From positions 114,948,001 to 115,012,000 of the forward strand of contig NC_042998.1 of the NCBI RefSeq assembly GCF_006345805.1: a stretch of 64,000 nt of DNA, read 5' to 3'. Numbering within the stretch: position 1 is the first letter of the stretch; the number at the start of each line of letters is the position of its first letter. Source of the DNA: Octopus sinensis (taxonomy: Eukaryota). Below the pieces are notes generated by a model, which worked only from the letters and a program-made list of their open reading frames with translations, was not told the DNA's origin and did not search any database. Made by a program: the position numbers and the translations under genes. Shown here piece after piece: positions 1-12,285 of this stretch.

Positions 1-439
1 TCCTTTCTTAGGTGGTAAGACCATAGAGTGTCGACATCTAGCATAATGGATGTCCACTTAGTGTTCATCCTTCTTATACGTATGCATATATATATATACT
101 GTTGTGTCCAGGGAGAGTTATTTTCTTTTTGTGCCTTATAATTTACTTTATTCTTTATTTTACTAGAAGTAATAGCATGTCTTATACTTTTACAAGTGTA
201 ATAACTTGTCCTGTACTCTTTTAGGTTTATAATCTTAAGAATATAATTTTTCATGCTCGCACTTTTCCATGTAATTATAATTTGTTAAACATCTATATTA
301 TATTTTATAGACAGTTACAATTTTGTTTTTTCTATAAACTTAGATATGTTTCGGCCGAAAATTGGACCAGTACGTATCTAACCTGATAACATCACCTAAA
401 AGGATATGTTAAGCCATTTTAATGTCAAATATTGTGATA

Positions 440-2200
440 TCATAGCTCATTTCAGTAGACAGTTATTGTTGATCGAAATCTATCCAGGTATATTTGATCA
501 TCTGGTGTCCCTTCAGGAAATTTGTCCAGATATTGTTCAAAGGCGATGAGATCTTTTTCTCTTTTGATTTGTTTTGGGATAAATATTAAAAAGAGCCGAG
601 TCTGTTGAGGTATTTGTGTTGTGAGCCTGAAGTGTGAAAGGGGATTATCCCACGTGATATCAGTCTTGAATAAATTCTAATGTTGATGTTAATGTCGCTT
701 GGACAATACTAGTGGTATATTCCCTACATAATACAAATGATGTAGCGCTGACTGTGGCACTGGAGAGAATAAAGAATCATTGTTTTAAGGCATTCCCAAT
801 AATCAAGATGAGTTGCGCCTATTAATTTTAATGATTGCTCTCTAGAGTGACTTAATTTTCATAATGTTTTGCTCGGTATGGAGAGAACACATGGTGCAGC
901 ATTATTCTCGGTATGGCCGTACAAAAGAGGAGAAAGATGAAATGATGGGATCTTGCACTCTGGGCTGAAAAAAAGTGATGATCCAAGAGCTCATTCTTGG
1001 AACTTTATCAATTTATTATTGATGTGAGTGCACCAGCTGTAACTGATCTCATTAATTACAAGTCTCTGATATATTGAATGCTTTGAATAGTTCTCCCGAA
1101 GAAAAGGAATATGGCTGTTTGAGTGTATTCTCTTTTCTAATGTGCATGAGTTCAAATTTTCCCTAATTTGGCTGCATATTGTTTCTGTCTGACCACAGAC
1201 CTGTACTTTAAACTGGAATTTTGTTCGGTGTTCTTCACTGATAGGTTTGTTAAGCTTAAAATCGTCTGCGAATATTTTTATTTTGCTATGTTTGCTGATA
1301 TTTAAGTTGTTTATATAGGCTATGAAAAGTGGAGAGGCCAAGGCAGTCCTTCGCGAAAACCCAGTGATGACTTTTGTTCTGTTTGAGACGATTTCATCGA
1401 TTGCATCCTGTTGGGTTCTGTTCACCAGGAAAAATTCTTTCTAGTATAGCATTTTACCACGGAATCCAAGAGAGTATCGCTGTCAAAAGCTTCCCTGAAG
1501 TCAAGATATATAACGTCAGTGTTTGATCCCTCTTCCAAAACTTATTGATATCATCAATGTGATGTTGAAGTGGTGTTATGCAATCAACATTGCAATACAA
1601 GACTTGCTTGTTGTAATTTAGGAGATTGCTACCCTCCAGGTAGCCAATTATCCTTAATCTCACTAACCTTTCAAACACTTTGATGGTTTTGGCGATAGTT
1701 AACTGCAAAAGACGTGTCCCCTTTTTGAAGACTAAGATGAAATTGGGATAAAATGTGGTTCGCTATACAACCAAAGTTTAAGATTTTCTCCAAGCTGGTG
1801 CCTGTATTCCTTCAAGACAATATCAGGTAATGTATCGAGGCTTATTGCAGAATAATGTTTGGGTTCAGTTATTACAATAATAATGTCTAAGGCAATGAAA
1901 TTTAAATCATTGACAATATGTTGGAGGATTGAATTAGTTGAAATATCTTGTCAGTAGCAGTTGGACCCCTAAAAATAGAGCAAAAGTGTTTCCGCTGAAT
2001 CTTTGCCACTTTATCAGCATTATGGTAGCGAATGCTGTTACCATTTATCAGTGAAACCAATGAGTGAGACAGCGATCTTAGATTGTTGGCAAATAAACAG
2101 AACAGTTTTGTGTTGCGTTTGATTTGTTTCTTAATATACCAGTTTTCCCCTGTAGCTCTTTCGTTGTTGGTATACATTTTCATGCTCTCTTACAGATGAC
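440..2200 (-). mobile_element. Old, disrupted CR1/L2-type LINE ORF2 (RT domain to C-terminus)
   Basis: Minus-strand peptides KVFERLVRLRIIGYLEGSNLL (1454-1708) and SPLFIAYINNL...KIKIFADDFKL (991-1425) are RT motifs. Region ~450-620 reads ALFNIYPK...LDKF, matching the C-terminus of the intact copy at 8003-8851. Many stops and frameshifts. Confidence 0.8.
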
Positions 2201-2357
2201 ATTTCTCCAAGTGCTCATATTACTGGGTAGTATTTTAATTGATTGATTTTTAATTATATGTATATACGATAATATAATTGAAAAGAGTATTATTTTTTTA
2301 TAATTGTCAAGTTGGCCGTTGTTTCACAAAAGCATAAACAATATTTTAAGTAGATAA

Positions 2358-2570
2358 GGAGGCGAGCAAGTAGAATCGCTAGCACTCCAAATGCTTAGCG
2401 TTATTTCGTCCGCCTGTACGTTCTGAGTTCAAATTCCGCCAACGTCGACTTTGCCTTTCCTCCTTTCAGGGTCAATAAATAAGTACCAATTAATCGCTGG
2501 GGGCGATGCAATGGATTTATCCTTCCTCCGCGATTGCTGGTCTTGCACCAAAATTTGAAACCAGCATTTT
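2358..2570 (+). mobile_element. tRNA-derived SINE, family A (diverged)
   Basis: Head GGAGGCGAGCAAGTAGAATCG, B-box GAGTTCAAATTCC, body GTCGACTTTGCCTTT..CCTTTC.GGGTC shared with many copies in the window. Confidence 0.85.
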
Positions 2571-3189
2571 AAGTAGGTATCTGTCTTAGTTACTTTTTAT
2601 TACATTCCGAGTTGGAAATCTCAAATTTTCTAACATATTTCTTGGAAAGAAAACGAAAGTATCATTTCTGCGCTGCGGTGTATATAATTAAATTGTCTTG
2701 TCTAAAGGATGTGGCTTTGTAAAATTGAAATGTACGTATTTTGAATGCATAAAGTGTTTGTCTCAGTCACGATATCTCGAATACATGATTTTGTCGATAG
2801 ACTCGGATCGAACCAATGCGTTGGAGAGGAATTGTATAAACAGAAAATGAGCATAGGCATGCCACACTGACTTCGTAAATCCAAATCATCACATGTTGCA
2901 TCATGCCGATTCGGTCCCAGAAATTATGTTAAGGATAAACGTATTGCTGGAATACTAAATCGAATACACATTAAAGTACTTGGTTCATTTGCTGATCGAA
3001 CTTATGGTTACTCACTGTAACACATACATACATATATGGAGTTGGCAGTGAGCTCTTCAAGGAGCACTATAGTATCGATGATCTCCTATACTGTCTCAAA
3101 TCAACTGAGCTCTCTTACCTCAGAAAAGACCGGTATGGAAAGCGCTCAGCATGCACATACACACATACACACATACACACACACAAAGT

Positions 3190-3900
3190 CTATACATGGG
3201 TATGTTGCCGAGAAGCTTGAAAAAGACAGTAGAAATGACGCGAATCGCAGCCTCTCTTGGACACAAGACCACTGTATCACATCACACTTTGAAGGATATG
3301 TGTTTGCAATCCAGGAACAGGAGATTGCCACAAAGTACCTGGTGAGCAAGAGAAACAGTGACACTCTTGTAATCCCAAAGTACAACGGCCTGTACAGGCT
3401 ATGTCATGTTTCTGTAGAAGACATCACCACTCATGTTATTAGCAGCTGTCCTAAAATGCCGTCACGGTAATACCTCCCTATGCGGCACGATATTGTTGCT
3501 AAAATAATTTACAATGCCATCCAGAAAAAGACTGTTTTGAAATAAACTTAGAAAATTCCTCTGTTATGGAATACATTCATATACACCAACTGAAGGAATA
3601 CTTGTGCAATATTCCCATCAAAACGCCAGTCACAAGTAAACATAACCCACCGGATATTGTTGTTTGGGACAAAGGGACAAAGGTATGTACGATCATAGAG
3701 GTCAGTTGCTCTGCAGATATAAACATTTCTTTGAAAATCACAGAAAAAGAGGATATCTATGGACAACTGCTTCGAAACCTACAGCTTCATGAATTCGTAT
3801 TCATACCAATAAGAATTGGAGTAGTAGGATTTGTTAGTAAATGTTTAAAGGAGAATCTGGATAAACTGGGATTTTAAGAAAGAAAAATTAACCGGCTTAT
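3190..3900 (+). mobile_element. Dong/R4-clade LINE 3' fragment (zinc knuckle + restriction-like endonuclease), disrupted
   Basis: FEGYVFAIQEQEIATKY, degenerate CCHC RLCHVSVEDITTHVISSCP, RHDIVAK, then NPPDIVVWDK..CTIIEVSC (PD-(D/E)xK type). Similar to 43460-45240. Confidence 0.85.
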
Positions 3901-5323
3901 TCGTACATTACAAGTACAATCTGTGAATGGAACAGTAAAAATATACAAAACTTTTCTGAAGTTCCTAATGTGAATTTGTTTGTGCTAACTACATCCCAAA
4001 GATGAAGCCGTGTGTCTTTGTTGGAAACTGGGTCCCTCCTCAGTGAAAGAGACATACATAAATACATACATGCAAATACACTCAGACACACACACATATA
4101 CATGAGCCAGTAGTGTGTATGTATATATATATATATATGGCTAATCCTTTGTATTATAGGTAAAATAACTTGAAAATCTTTCTACATGAGGGTGCTTTTG
4201 ATTACATCGACTCTAATGCTCAGGTAGTAATTACATCGACCCCTGAGGATGACAGGCAAAGTGTGCCTCGGTGGGATTTGTTTTCAGGACGTAGAGATAG
4301 ACGAAATGCTTCTAGGCATCTTGACCTATTTACTACCGATTCTGTCAACTCGTTGCCATAGTAATAAGGATTTCCTTTATTTTGTTTTATTTTTATTCTA
4401 TTTTATTTATTTTCCATTTTATATTGTAATTTTTTTTTTAAAGATGAGACTTTAATATCTTGGACTTCAATAGGATCATTTCTGTTTGGCTGCCAGCATC
4501 AATTCTGTTGGAATTGATTTAATATTCAGTGTAATGATACACTTTTATAGGCTAATTAATGAGGTGAAAGTAATTTCGCGATAAATCAATAAATAAACAG
4601 TTATTAGTAATTGGAGAACTTACATCTAATTCTTCCAAATCTTTCTGATAAAAATTTTAATATGTTTATCGCGTGTAACGTGTTGTTTCTCGCATTAGCA
4701 TTAAAGGTATATTGAATGCTTAAATGCTTGTTTCATTTTGTCATTGAGCATTGAGGTGGTTGTGAGGTGAGCAGAAAATAACAGCTAAATAAAATTTATT
4801 TACATGGAAGAAAAATACCGGAGACCTAACACGCGTTGTTTACAAATATTCACAACACGTGCTATTTTCAGGATGTTGACGACAAAATGTGCAGTCACGC
4901 ACAAAATGACAGCATCCAATTCCTGTTTCCTGAATGGGTGAAAATAATAAAAAGTTTAAACCTCTATAACATTTTAAAAACATATTTCTGGAAAAAACGA
5001 AATAACTCCAGCACTTCAATTTGGGCAAGTGTATTATTGAACCAAATTTTAAAATTTTAAGTAAACTTTAATTTTTGAAATGCTGGCAGCCAAACCGAAA
5101 AGATATTTTAATATTCTGTAACAGACTATCCTACATTTTATACTTACGTTATATCAGAGGAACAAATAAATATTTGATCATAGAAGACTTTTGAAGATGG
5201 AATTCTTTGTTTGGTCAAACCTGAACTGCTGAATATTTGCAAAAGAGAGGCGCCTAATTGTAACACGAAAGGCAAAGGTGGTGATATTAATCTAAACAAT
5301 TCTTTAAAGAAATAAAATCATAG

Positions 5324-5705
5324 GGGCAGAAGCGGATGTGTGGTAAGTAGCTTGCTTCCCAACTACATGGTTCCGGGTTCAGTCCCACTGCATGGCACCT
5401 TGGGCAAATGTCTTCTACTATAGGCTCGGGCCGACCGAAGCCTTGTGAGTGGATTTGGTAGACAGAAACTGATAGAAGTCTGGCGTATTATGTATGTGAG
5501 TGTGTGTGCATGTGTGTTTGTCCCCCACCATCGCTTGACAACCGATGCTGGTGTGTTAATGCCGCCGTAACTTAGCGGTTCAGCAAGAATAGGTCGATAG
5601 AATAAGTACTAGGCTTACAAAGAATAAATCCTGAGGTCGATTTGTTCGACTAAATGTGGTGCTCCAGAATGGCTGCAGTTAAATGACTGAAAGATAAAAG
5701 AGTAA
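5324..5705 (+). mobile_element. tRNA-derived SINE, family B, full length; carries an empty copy of the target site used at 10264-14403
   Basis: Head GTGTGGTAAGTAGCTTGCTTCCCAACTACATGGTTCCGGGTTCAGTCCCA, CCTTGGGCAA motif, internal (TG)n, 3' AAATGACTGAAA end. Confidence 0.9.
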
Positions 5706-5711
5706 AGGAAT

Positions 5712-6385
5712 ACTCTTTCTACATTAGGCACAAGGCCTGACATTTTGAGGAAGTGGGGGCTATTCGATTACACCTAACACAGTGCTCAACTGGTACCCAT
5801 TTCATCGACCCCAAAGGGATGAAAGGCAAAGTCGAGCTCGGCGGCATTTGAACTCAGAACGTGAAGGACGAAATGCCCAAAAGCGCTAACGATTGTGTAA
5901 CCTCATCGCCTTTAGAAGAAATACAATAAATAAATATTTTTACTCTGGGCTCAAGGACTTGAAAATTTTTGGTGGGGAAGGAGGATAGTTGATTACATCA
6001 ACCCCAGTGTGTAGCTGGTTCTTATTTCACTGGCCCCGAAATGATGAAACGGTAAGTTGACCTCGGCGCAATTTGAACTCGGAATGTAACGGCAGACGAA
6101 ATACTGCTAAGCATTTCTCCCGGCGGGCTAACGATTCTGCCAGCTCGCCGCCTTTAGAATTATAATTATAATAATCTTTTCTACTCTAGGCACAAGGCCA
6201 GAAATTTTTGGAGAGGGGGGGGCAGTCGATTAGATCGACCCCAGTATACAACTGGTACTTAATTTATCGACCCCGAAAGGATGAAAAGCAAAGTCGACCT
6301 CGGCGGAATTTGAACTCAGAACATAGCGGCGGACGAAATACCGCTAAGCATTTCACCCGGCGTGCTAACGCCGCCTTTAGTTGAA
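5712..6385 (-). mobile_element. Three adjacent family A SINE copies
   Basis: Three recurrences of TACTCT/AGGCACAAGG...ATCGACCCC.AAAGGATGAAA.GCAAAGTCGACCTCGGCGG.ATTTGAACTC...CTCGCCGCCTT starting near 5712, 5938 and 6177. Confidence 0.9.
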
Positions 6386-7299
6386 TTGGCTGTTAACGGT
6401 CATTCATTTGTTATTGATACGCTTATGATCAAATATGTTCCAATCGGGACAACCACCTTTTACTTTCAACAGATGGTATATCTTAGATTATACACTAACC
6501 TCGTTTTCTTTTCATGCTCTTGGAGATTTAGCTGCTATCTCTAGCAGATGGACCAACCATCTGATCGTTTACTGGTTAATGTGTAAACGTGTTAGCAGCA
6601 AAGGTGAGGTTAGTAGTAGTAGTAGTAGTAGTAGCAGCAGCAGTAGAAGTAGTAGTAGTAGTAGTAGGAGGAGGAGGAGGAGGAGGAGCGGAAGTGGTGG
6701 TGGTGATGGCAATCGTGGCTTTGTACATTCTGTTATGTCGAACTGTGACTGCTGTTTCACCGTTACACCTTATCCGTAACGCTATGATTTCATGCACGAT
6801 CGAAGAAATCGTTATTTTCGCAACTGGCGAAGGGAAGTAACTCTACTTGTTATACGCTCACCTGTGGAAAGGATAAATCGAGCTCTAGAGTTAATTTCTC
6901 ATCGTTGAGGAACACAGAAATAGACACACACACACACACACACGCACATTCACATGTAAATATACATATGTGTGTGTAGGTCTGTTTGTGTTTGTGTTTA
7001 TGTGTGTGTGCGTGCGTGTGTGGGTGTGTGTGTATGTGTGTATATACACACAAATACACGCAAAATAAAAAACACACGTATATAAATGCGTGTGGCCTAA
7101 TGGTCAGTCGGTGGCATTCACAATCGCGGGATCATCATGGTTTCGATCCTTGAGTTCTTTGAGTCTCAGCATTGGATGTTCTAGTTGCATTTGGATACCT
7201 TACCGCAATGGATCATCACGTGAATGCGGAATTCTAAATAAATGCAACGCTGACACGTGCGTAGTTTACAATTCGGTTTATCTTAATTCATCTGTTTTT

Positions 7300-7320
7300 A
7301 TATCTATCTATCTATCTACA

Positions 7321-7353
<33 letters not shown>

Positions 7354-7403
7354 TATATATATATATATATGTATATATGTATATATATATATGTATATGT
7401 ATA

Positions 7404-7450
<47 letters not shown>

Positions 7451-7580
7451 ATATGTATATGTATATATATATATGTATATGTATATATATACATGTACAT
7501 ATATATACATATATACATATATACATATATATATATATACATATATGTATATACATATATGTATATACACACATACATAC

Positions 7581-7613
<33 letters not shown>

Positions 7614-7916
7614 TATATATATACACATATATATATATACACACATACATACATACATATATATATATACACATACATACATACATATGTATACACATAC
7701 ATACATATGTATACACATACATACATATGTATACACATACATACATACATATGTATACACATACATACATACATATGTATACACATACATACATATGTAT
7801 ACACATACATACATACATATGTATACACATACATACATACATATGTATACACATACATACATACATATGTATACACATACATACATACATATGTATGTAT
7901 GTATATATATATATAT
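7300..7916. repeat. Compound (TA)n / (TACA)n / 18-22-bp TA-CA minisatellite
   Basis: Directly visible. Source of the YI/IY-rich ORFs 7312-7928. Confidence 0.98.
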
Positions 7917-8880
7917 AACTTAGAATAACTTAGAAAGGTTTTGGCCAGTATTGGCCCAGGCCATGTCTAACTTAATAGCACCACCTGGCGAAGTCTTTCA
8001 GTTCAGGATTTGGGCACCAAGGCCCATTCGAGCAGAGAGTTATTGTTTGCGGAGACATATCCGGGTGTGGGTGGTTTGTCCGGTACTGTTTGAAGGAATT
8101 TGTCCAAAGACTTCTTGAATTTTGTGTGGTCAGTTTCTTTTTTGACGTGTCCTGGTGTAATGTTGAAGAGAGCGGGTCCAATTGAGGTGAAATAGTTGTG
8201 CCGTATTGTTGATATGTGATGCAATTTAGATTTTTGTTGTGGACGGATGGCACGTGGTCCAAGCCTTGGATGTATTTTGAAGGTGATGCCAACATCATTC
8301 GGACAGTGCTGATGGAATATTTTCCACATCATACAGATAATGCAGCGTTCACGGCGTCGTTGGAGTGAATACAATTTCAGCTTCTCTAGTCTACCCCAGT
8401 AGTCAAGGTCTGACATGCCATCTATCTTTTTTGTGATTGACCTTTGGGGAGCTTCAATTCTCATAATATTTTGTTTTGTGTAGGGAGACCACAGTGGACA
8501 GCAGTATTCAAGGTGGGGTCGTGCAAAAGTGGAGAAGAGAAGGATAATAGCGTGGGAATCTCTCGACTGGAAGGTTCTGAGAATCCAGGAACACATTCTG
8601 CGGGCCATGTCAACTTTGCTGCTTATATGTGTAGCCCAGCTTATGTTGTTGTCCACTGTTACTCCCAAGTCTCTGATGTTGTTGGATGCCATGAGAATTT
8701 CTCCAGAAGGAAGAGAGTATGGGAGTTTCAGAGCGTCCTCCCTTCCAAAGTGGATCAGTTCGAATTTGTCTTCATTTAGCAACATGTTATTCTTTTCCGC
8801 CCATTGGACAACAGCCAGTAGGTCTGACTGAAGGTTTATTCGGTCATCCACGCCATTGATGACCTTCTGGAGCTTGGAAG
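7917..8880 (-). mobile_element. 5'-truncated, young CR1-type LINE with an open 282-aa ORF2 C-terminal segment (8003-8851)
   Basis: DLLAVVQWAEKNNMLLNEDKFELIHFG, IRDLGVTVDNNISWATHI, LFSTFARPHLEYCCPLWSPY, LEKLKLYSLQRRRER are typical post-RT CR1 motifs. The 5' end starts just after the FADD motif, the 3' tail is (TTCTAAG)x2, and TA-rich microsatellite lies on both sides. Confidence 0.92.
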
Positions 8881-8938
8881 TATATATATATGTATATATA
8901 TATATATATATATATACATATATATATGTATATATATA

Positions 8939-8997
<59 letters not shown>

Positions 8998-9019
8998 TAT
9001 ATATATCATGTAGATAGAC

Positions 9020-9052
<33 letters not shown>

Positions 9053-9060
9053 CCTACAGT
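8881..9060. repeat. (TA)n and (GATA)n microsatellites
   Basis: Directly visible. Confidence 0.97.
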
Positions 9061-9899
9061 CTATCTACCGATATATACATATATAAATATATATCGGTAG
9101 ATAGACTGTAGTTATGTATGTCTGTATATATATGTGTTTGTGTGCGTGCGTGTGTGTTTGTGTGTTTGAAACATGCATTGACAAGAGAGTCACTTTAAAA
9201 GTACGTGTGTGGTGGTGGTGTTGATAAGAATAACCTGTTAGTGGCTTCAGTTAAAAATTTGCTAACATATTTTCTATAGCGAGGAAAGAAAATAAAACAA
9301 ATTATCATATTACTAACAAACATTAGCTTATGGGTTAATTTTGAACAAGAAAGCAAGGGAAATCCGAAATTTATAAAAATTTCAATTATTAAAAGAAATA
9401 TATATGTATAAAAACTGTATGTGTCTATGTCTTGGAGATTTGAATTGATTTGTCGTTGAAGCACGATAACAACATCATCTTTATTGTGTCGAATAGTAAA
9501 GAAACAAGTGCTGACCTAACCACTTCCCATTTTGGTTAGCCCGGGGTTACAGTGGAAGAAACATGTGCAACATGCTGCAATGTGGGATTGAACCCTAAAC
9601 AACGTAGTTACGAAGTGAACTCCTTAACTACAAAGCGATTCGAATTCAAATTTATTCATCGTACATGCTTTATCTCTAAAAGTGCATATAGAAATTACAA
9701 GATTATTTCATATATGCTTTGTACTTTTAGAAAGCAGTAGTACACAACGTAAAGGAGTTGTAGTTGTTATTTCTAAATATGGCAAATGACTAATTATACA
9801 ATCTGTAGTTGTATTTGCTTTAGGAGATAATTAATCCCAGGATTTTTCTGTTTGAGCTGATCTATGATAAAACGTATTCCAACCAAAACTCAATCAGTA

Positions 9900-10278
9900 T
9901 CTTTTATTCTTTTACTTGTTTTAGTCATTTGACTGCGACCATGTTGGGCCATCGCCTTAAAGGTTTTTTTTTCTTTTGGTCGAAAAATTCGACCCAATGA
10001 CATTCTTTGTAAGCCTCGTACTTATTCTATCGGTCTCTTTCGCCAAACGGCTAATTTACGGAGATGTAAACACACCAACATCGGTTGGCAAGTGACGGTG
10101 AAACACACACACACATATATATATATATATTGATATATGACAGGTTATTTTCAGTTTCCGTCTACCAAATCTACTCACTAGGCTTTGGTTGGCACGAGGC
10201 TGAAGTAAAAGACACTTGCCCAAGATGCGACGCTGTGGGACTGAACGTGGAACCATGTGGTTAGGAAGCAAGCTTCTT
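9900..10278 (-). mobile_element. Family B SINE, 3' portion (host of the ORF1-only insertions); its 5' head remnant lies at 14404-14425
   Basis: Reverse complement of the family B body, ending ...GGAACCATGTGGTTAGGAAGCAAGCTTCTT at 10278. The missing continuation ACCACACAGCTGCGCCTGCGCC appears at 14404. Confidence 0.9.
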
Positions 10279-10819
10279 TATTTCATTACATTTGCCATAA
10301 AGGCAGTACATAGAGTAAAGTAGCTTTGCGGGCTGGACGAGGACATTAATGAAATGAATGATAATGAAAGAAAGATGATAAGGATGGGAGAAGACAAAAA
10401 GCGCCCGCCGACTCCTGCTTCTCTAAAACATTGTTCTTTAAAACCAAACACAAAACGAGGTATTAAACCTCTTACAACTTTTACAACTTTTCAATTTTTG
10501 GACTTAACAGTCTATTACAGACAACAACATAGTTCAATAATTACATATAATATAAATACAATACACAAAGCCCCTCCTCTCAGACCTGGCTTACACTTCC
10601 CTTATGAATGCGCCAGCACTAGGTCGGGGCCCCTCAAGTCGTATCTAAACATGTCCTATCAAACATAAAAAATACATTATCACTTCTCTCTTCCTCCTCT
10701 TTCCGGGCCTCCAGTCAAATATCTAGCCGCCTGCAGAGCAGGTCACGTTGACAGCCGGGGAGTTCAGAAAGAAAGCGAAGTGCCTATTATCAAATGTTTG
10801 TGTCTCACAGTGCCACAAT

Positions 10820-12285
10820 TTATGACTCATCATCAAAATAACTTGTGCCCGCATCCTCTGCCATCCTCCACGCTTCTTCCAAAACCGAATCGAGGTCCGT
10901 GTTAGCGTTGCCCGGGTACAAGCGATATTCCTCATTTAAAAGGCGGCGAGCTGGCAGAAACGTTAGCACGCCGGGTGAAATGCTTAACAGTATTTCGTCT
11001 GCCGTTACGTTCTGAGTTCAAATGCCGCCGAGGTCGACTTTGCCTTTCATCCTTTCGGGGTCAATAAATTAAGTACCAGTTACGCACTGGGGTCGATGTG
11101 ATCGACTTAATCCCTTTGTCTGTCCTTGTTTGTCCCCTCTATGTTTAGCCCCTTGTGGGTAGTAAAGAAATAGATATTCCTCATTGAGCTCCTCCAGCTG
11201 TGGAGGCCATTCGGGGTCCTGTGTGAAGGCTGAAGGTGCTCCCTTATGGTGCTTTTCCATCACATTTTCAATCTCTCCGCCTCTATGGAAGAAGATCAAT
11301 ATATCGTCTTTTCCCGGGGGCGGGATATTCAATTCTTTCATTGGCGGCACAGTTCCCGCCAACGGTGTTTCTTCTCCTGTCGGTGGCACAACCCCAACCG
11401 ACGTAGTTCCGGGACATTCCGGTACTATGTCACCGACTGCCGGCAATGTCCCGTTTCTCTTCCGCTTCCTCTTTTTTTTCAACTGAGGGAGGGTGCGTCT
11501 CCTCCGTGGCCGGAAGATTCGCCTTTCCCTCATCCCTAGGAAATTTTGGTGATTACCCATTGTTGCTCACCTTCCTCTTTCGGCCCCTGTTTGAGGAGTC
11601 CTCCGTTTCCTCGGCCGTCTTCATTCCCTCTTCTACAGGGGTCTCACTTAACTGCTCCGGGATCTTATTTTGTTCCCGGGGACAGTTTTTCTCTATATGG
11701 CCGGACTCGAGGCACCGATGACACCTGGGGGGGGCGACCCTCAAGTATCACCGGGTACCTGCACCCGGCCATTTAAAAAAAATCTGGAAAAACCAGATTG
11801 GCTGGTTGGGTCCAAAGGGTCAAAATTGCTTTTGACCCAACCCAAACAGCCACAGGAAGAACTTTCACATTAAGGAGCTTGGTCCCGCTGCCACCCAGAC
11901 CCCGGCGGATAATCTCCTCTATCCACTCGGGTTTTTTCCCGGGTGGCAGCCCGCAGATCCAAGCTTTCGTCAACCTCTTCCCATGATACGTGGGAAGAAA
12001 TAAAATTTCCTTACCCTCCAGGGGTTGACTAGCAAATTTGAGAGCCTCTTCAGGGTTGTCAAATAACAACCACACCGTTGCATATCTGACACCCCTGGAA
12101 ATGAATTTAATTGTTGGCAAATACTCTGCCAACTCCTTTTCAATTGCCGTCTTTTCGAATAGGGCGATGGTGTCGAGAGCCTTGGTGTAGGTTCTCTACA
12201 CCACCGTCCTATCTTCACGGTCTTTTAACAACTTTTTAGGCGGTATAATCTCCCATTCCAAAATTTTGTCATTTTTCATTGCCAT
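10820..12285 (-). pseudogene. Disrupted ORF1 of element 1 (RRM-like region + CX2CX4HX4C zinc knuckle + low-complexity tail)
   Basis: ATG at 12285 gives MAMKNDKILEWEIIPPKKLLKDREDRTVV*RTYTK...AEYLPTIKFISRGVRYATVWLLFDNPEEALKFA...LPTYHGKRLTKAWICGLPP, then RCHRCLESGHIEKNCP (11553-11744). It resumes past the SINE as ...EEAWRMAEDAGTSYFDDES* (stop 10820-10822). Confidence 0.8.
10937..11172 (+). mobile_element. Family A SINE inserted into ORF1 of element 1
   Basis: Complete head to ...GTAGTAAAGAAATA tail, flanked by 13-bp TSD GATATTCCTCATT at 10924-10936 and 11173-11185. Confidence 0.95.

Noticed and set aside
4872-4937. Exon candidate DVDDKMCSHAQNDSIQFLFPEW
   Set aside because: The acceptor is acceptable but the donor (GG|GTGAAA) is weak, and there is no recognisable homology or partner exon.
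7312-7928. Long ORFs rich in Y/I/H/T/C/V on both strands (also 22-24 kb, 35-36 kb, 54-55 kb, 60-62 kb)
   Set aside because: They are translations of (TA)n, (CA)n and (TACA)n microsatellites, which lack stop codons in most frames.
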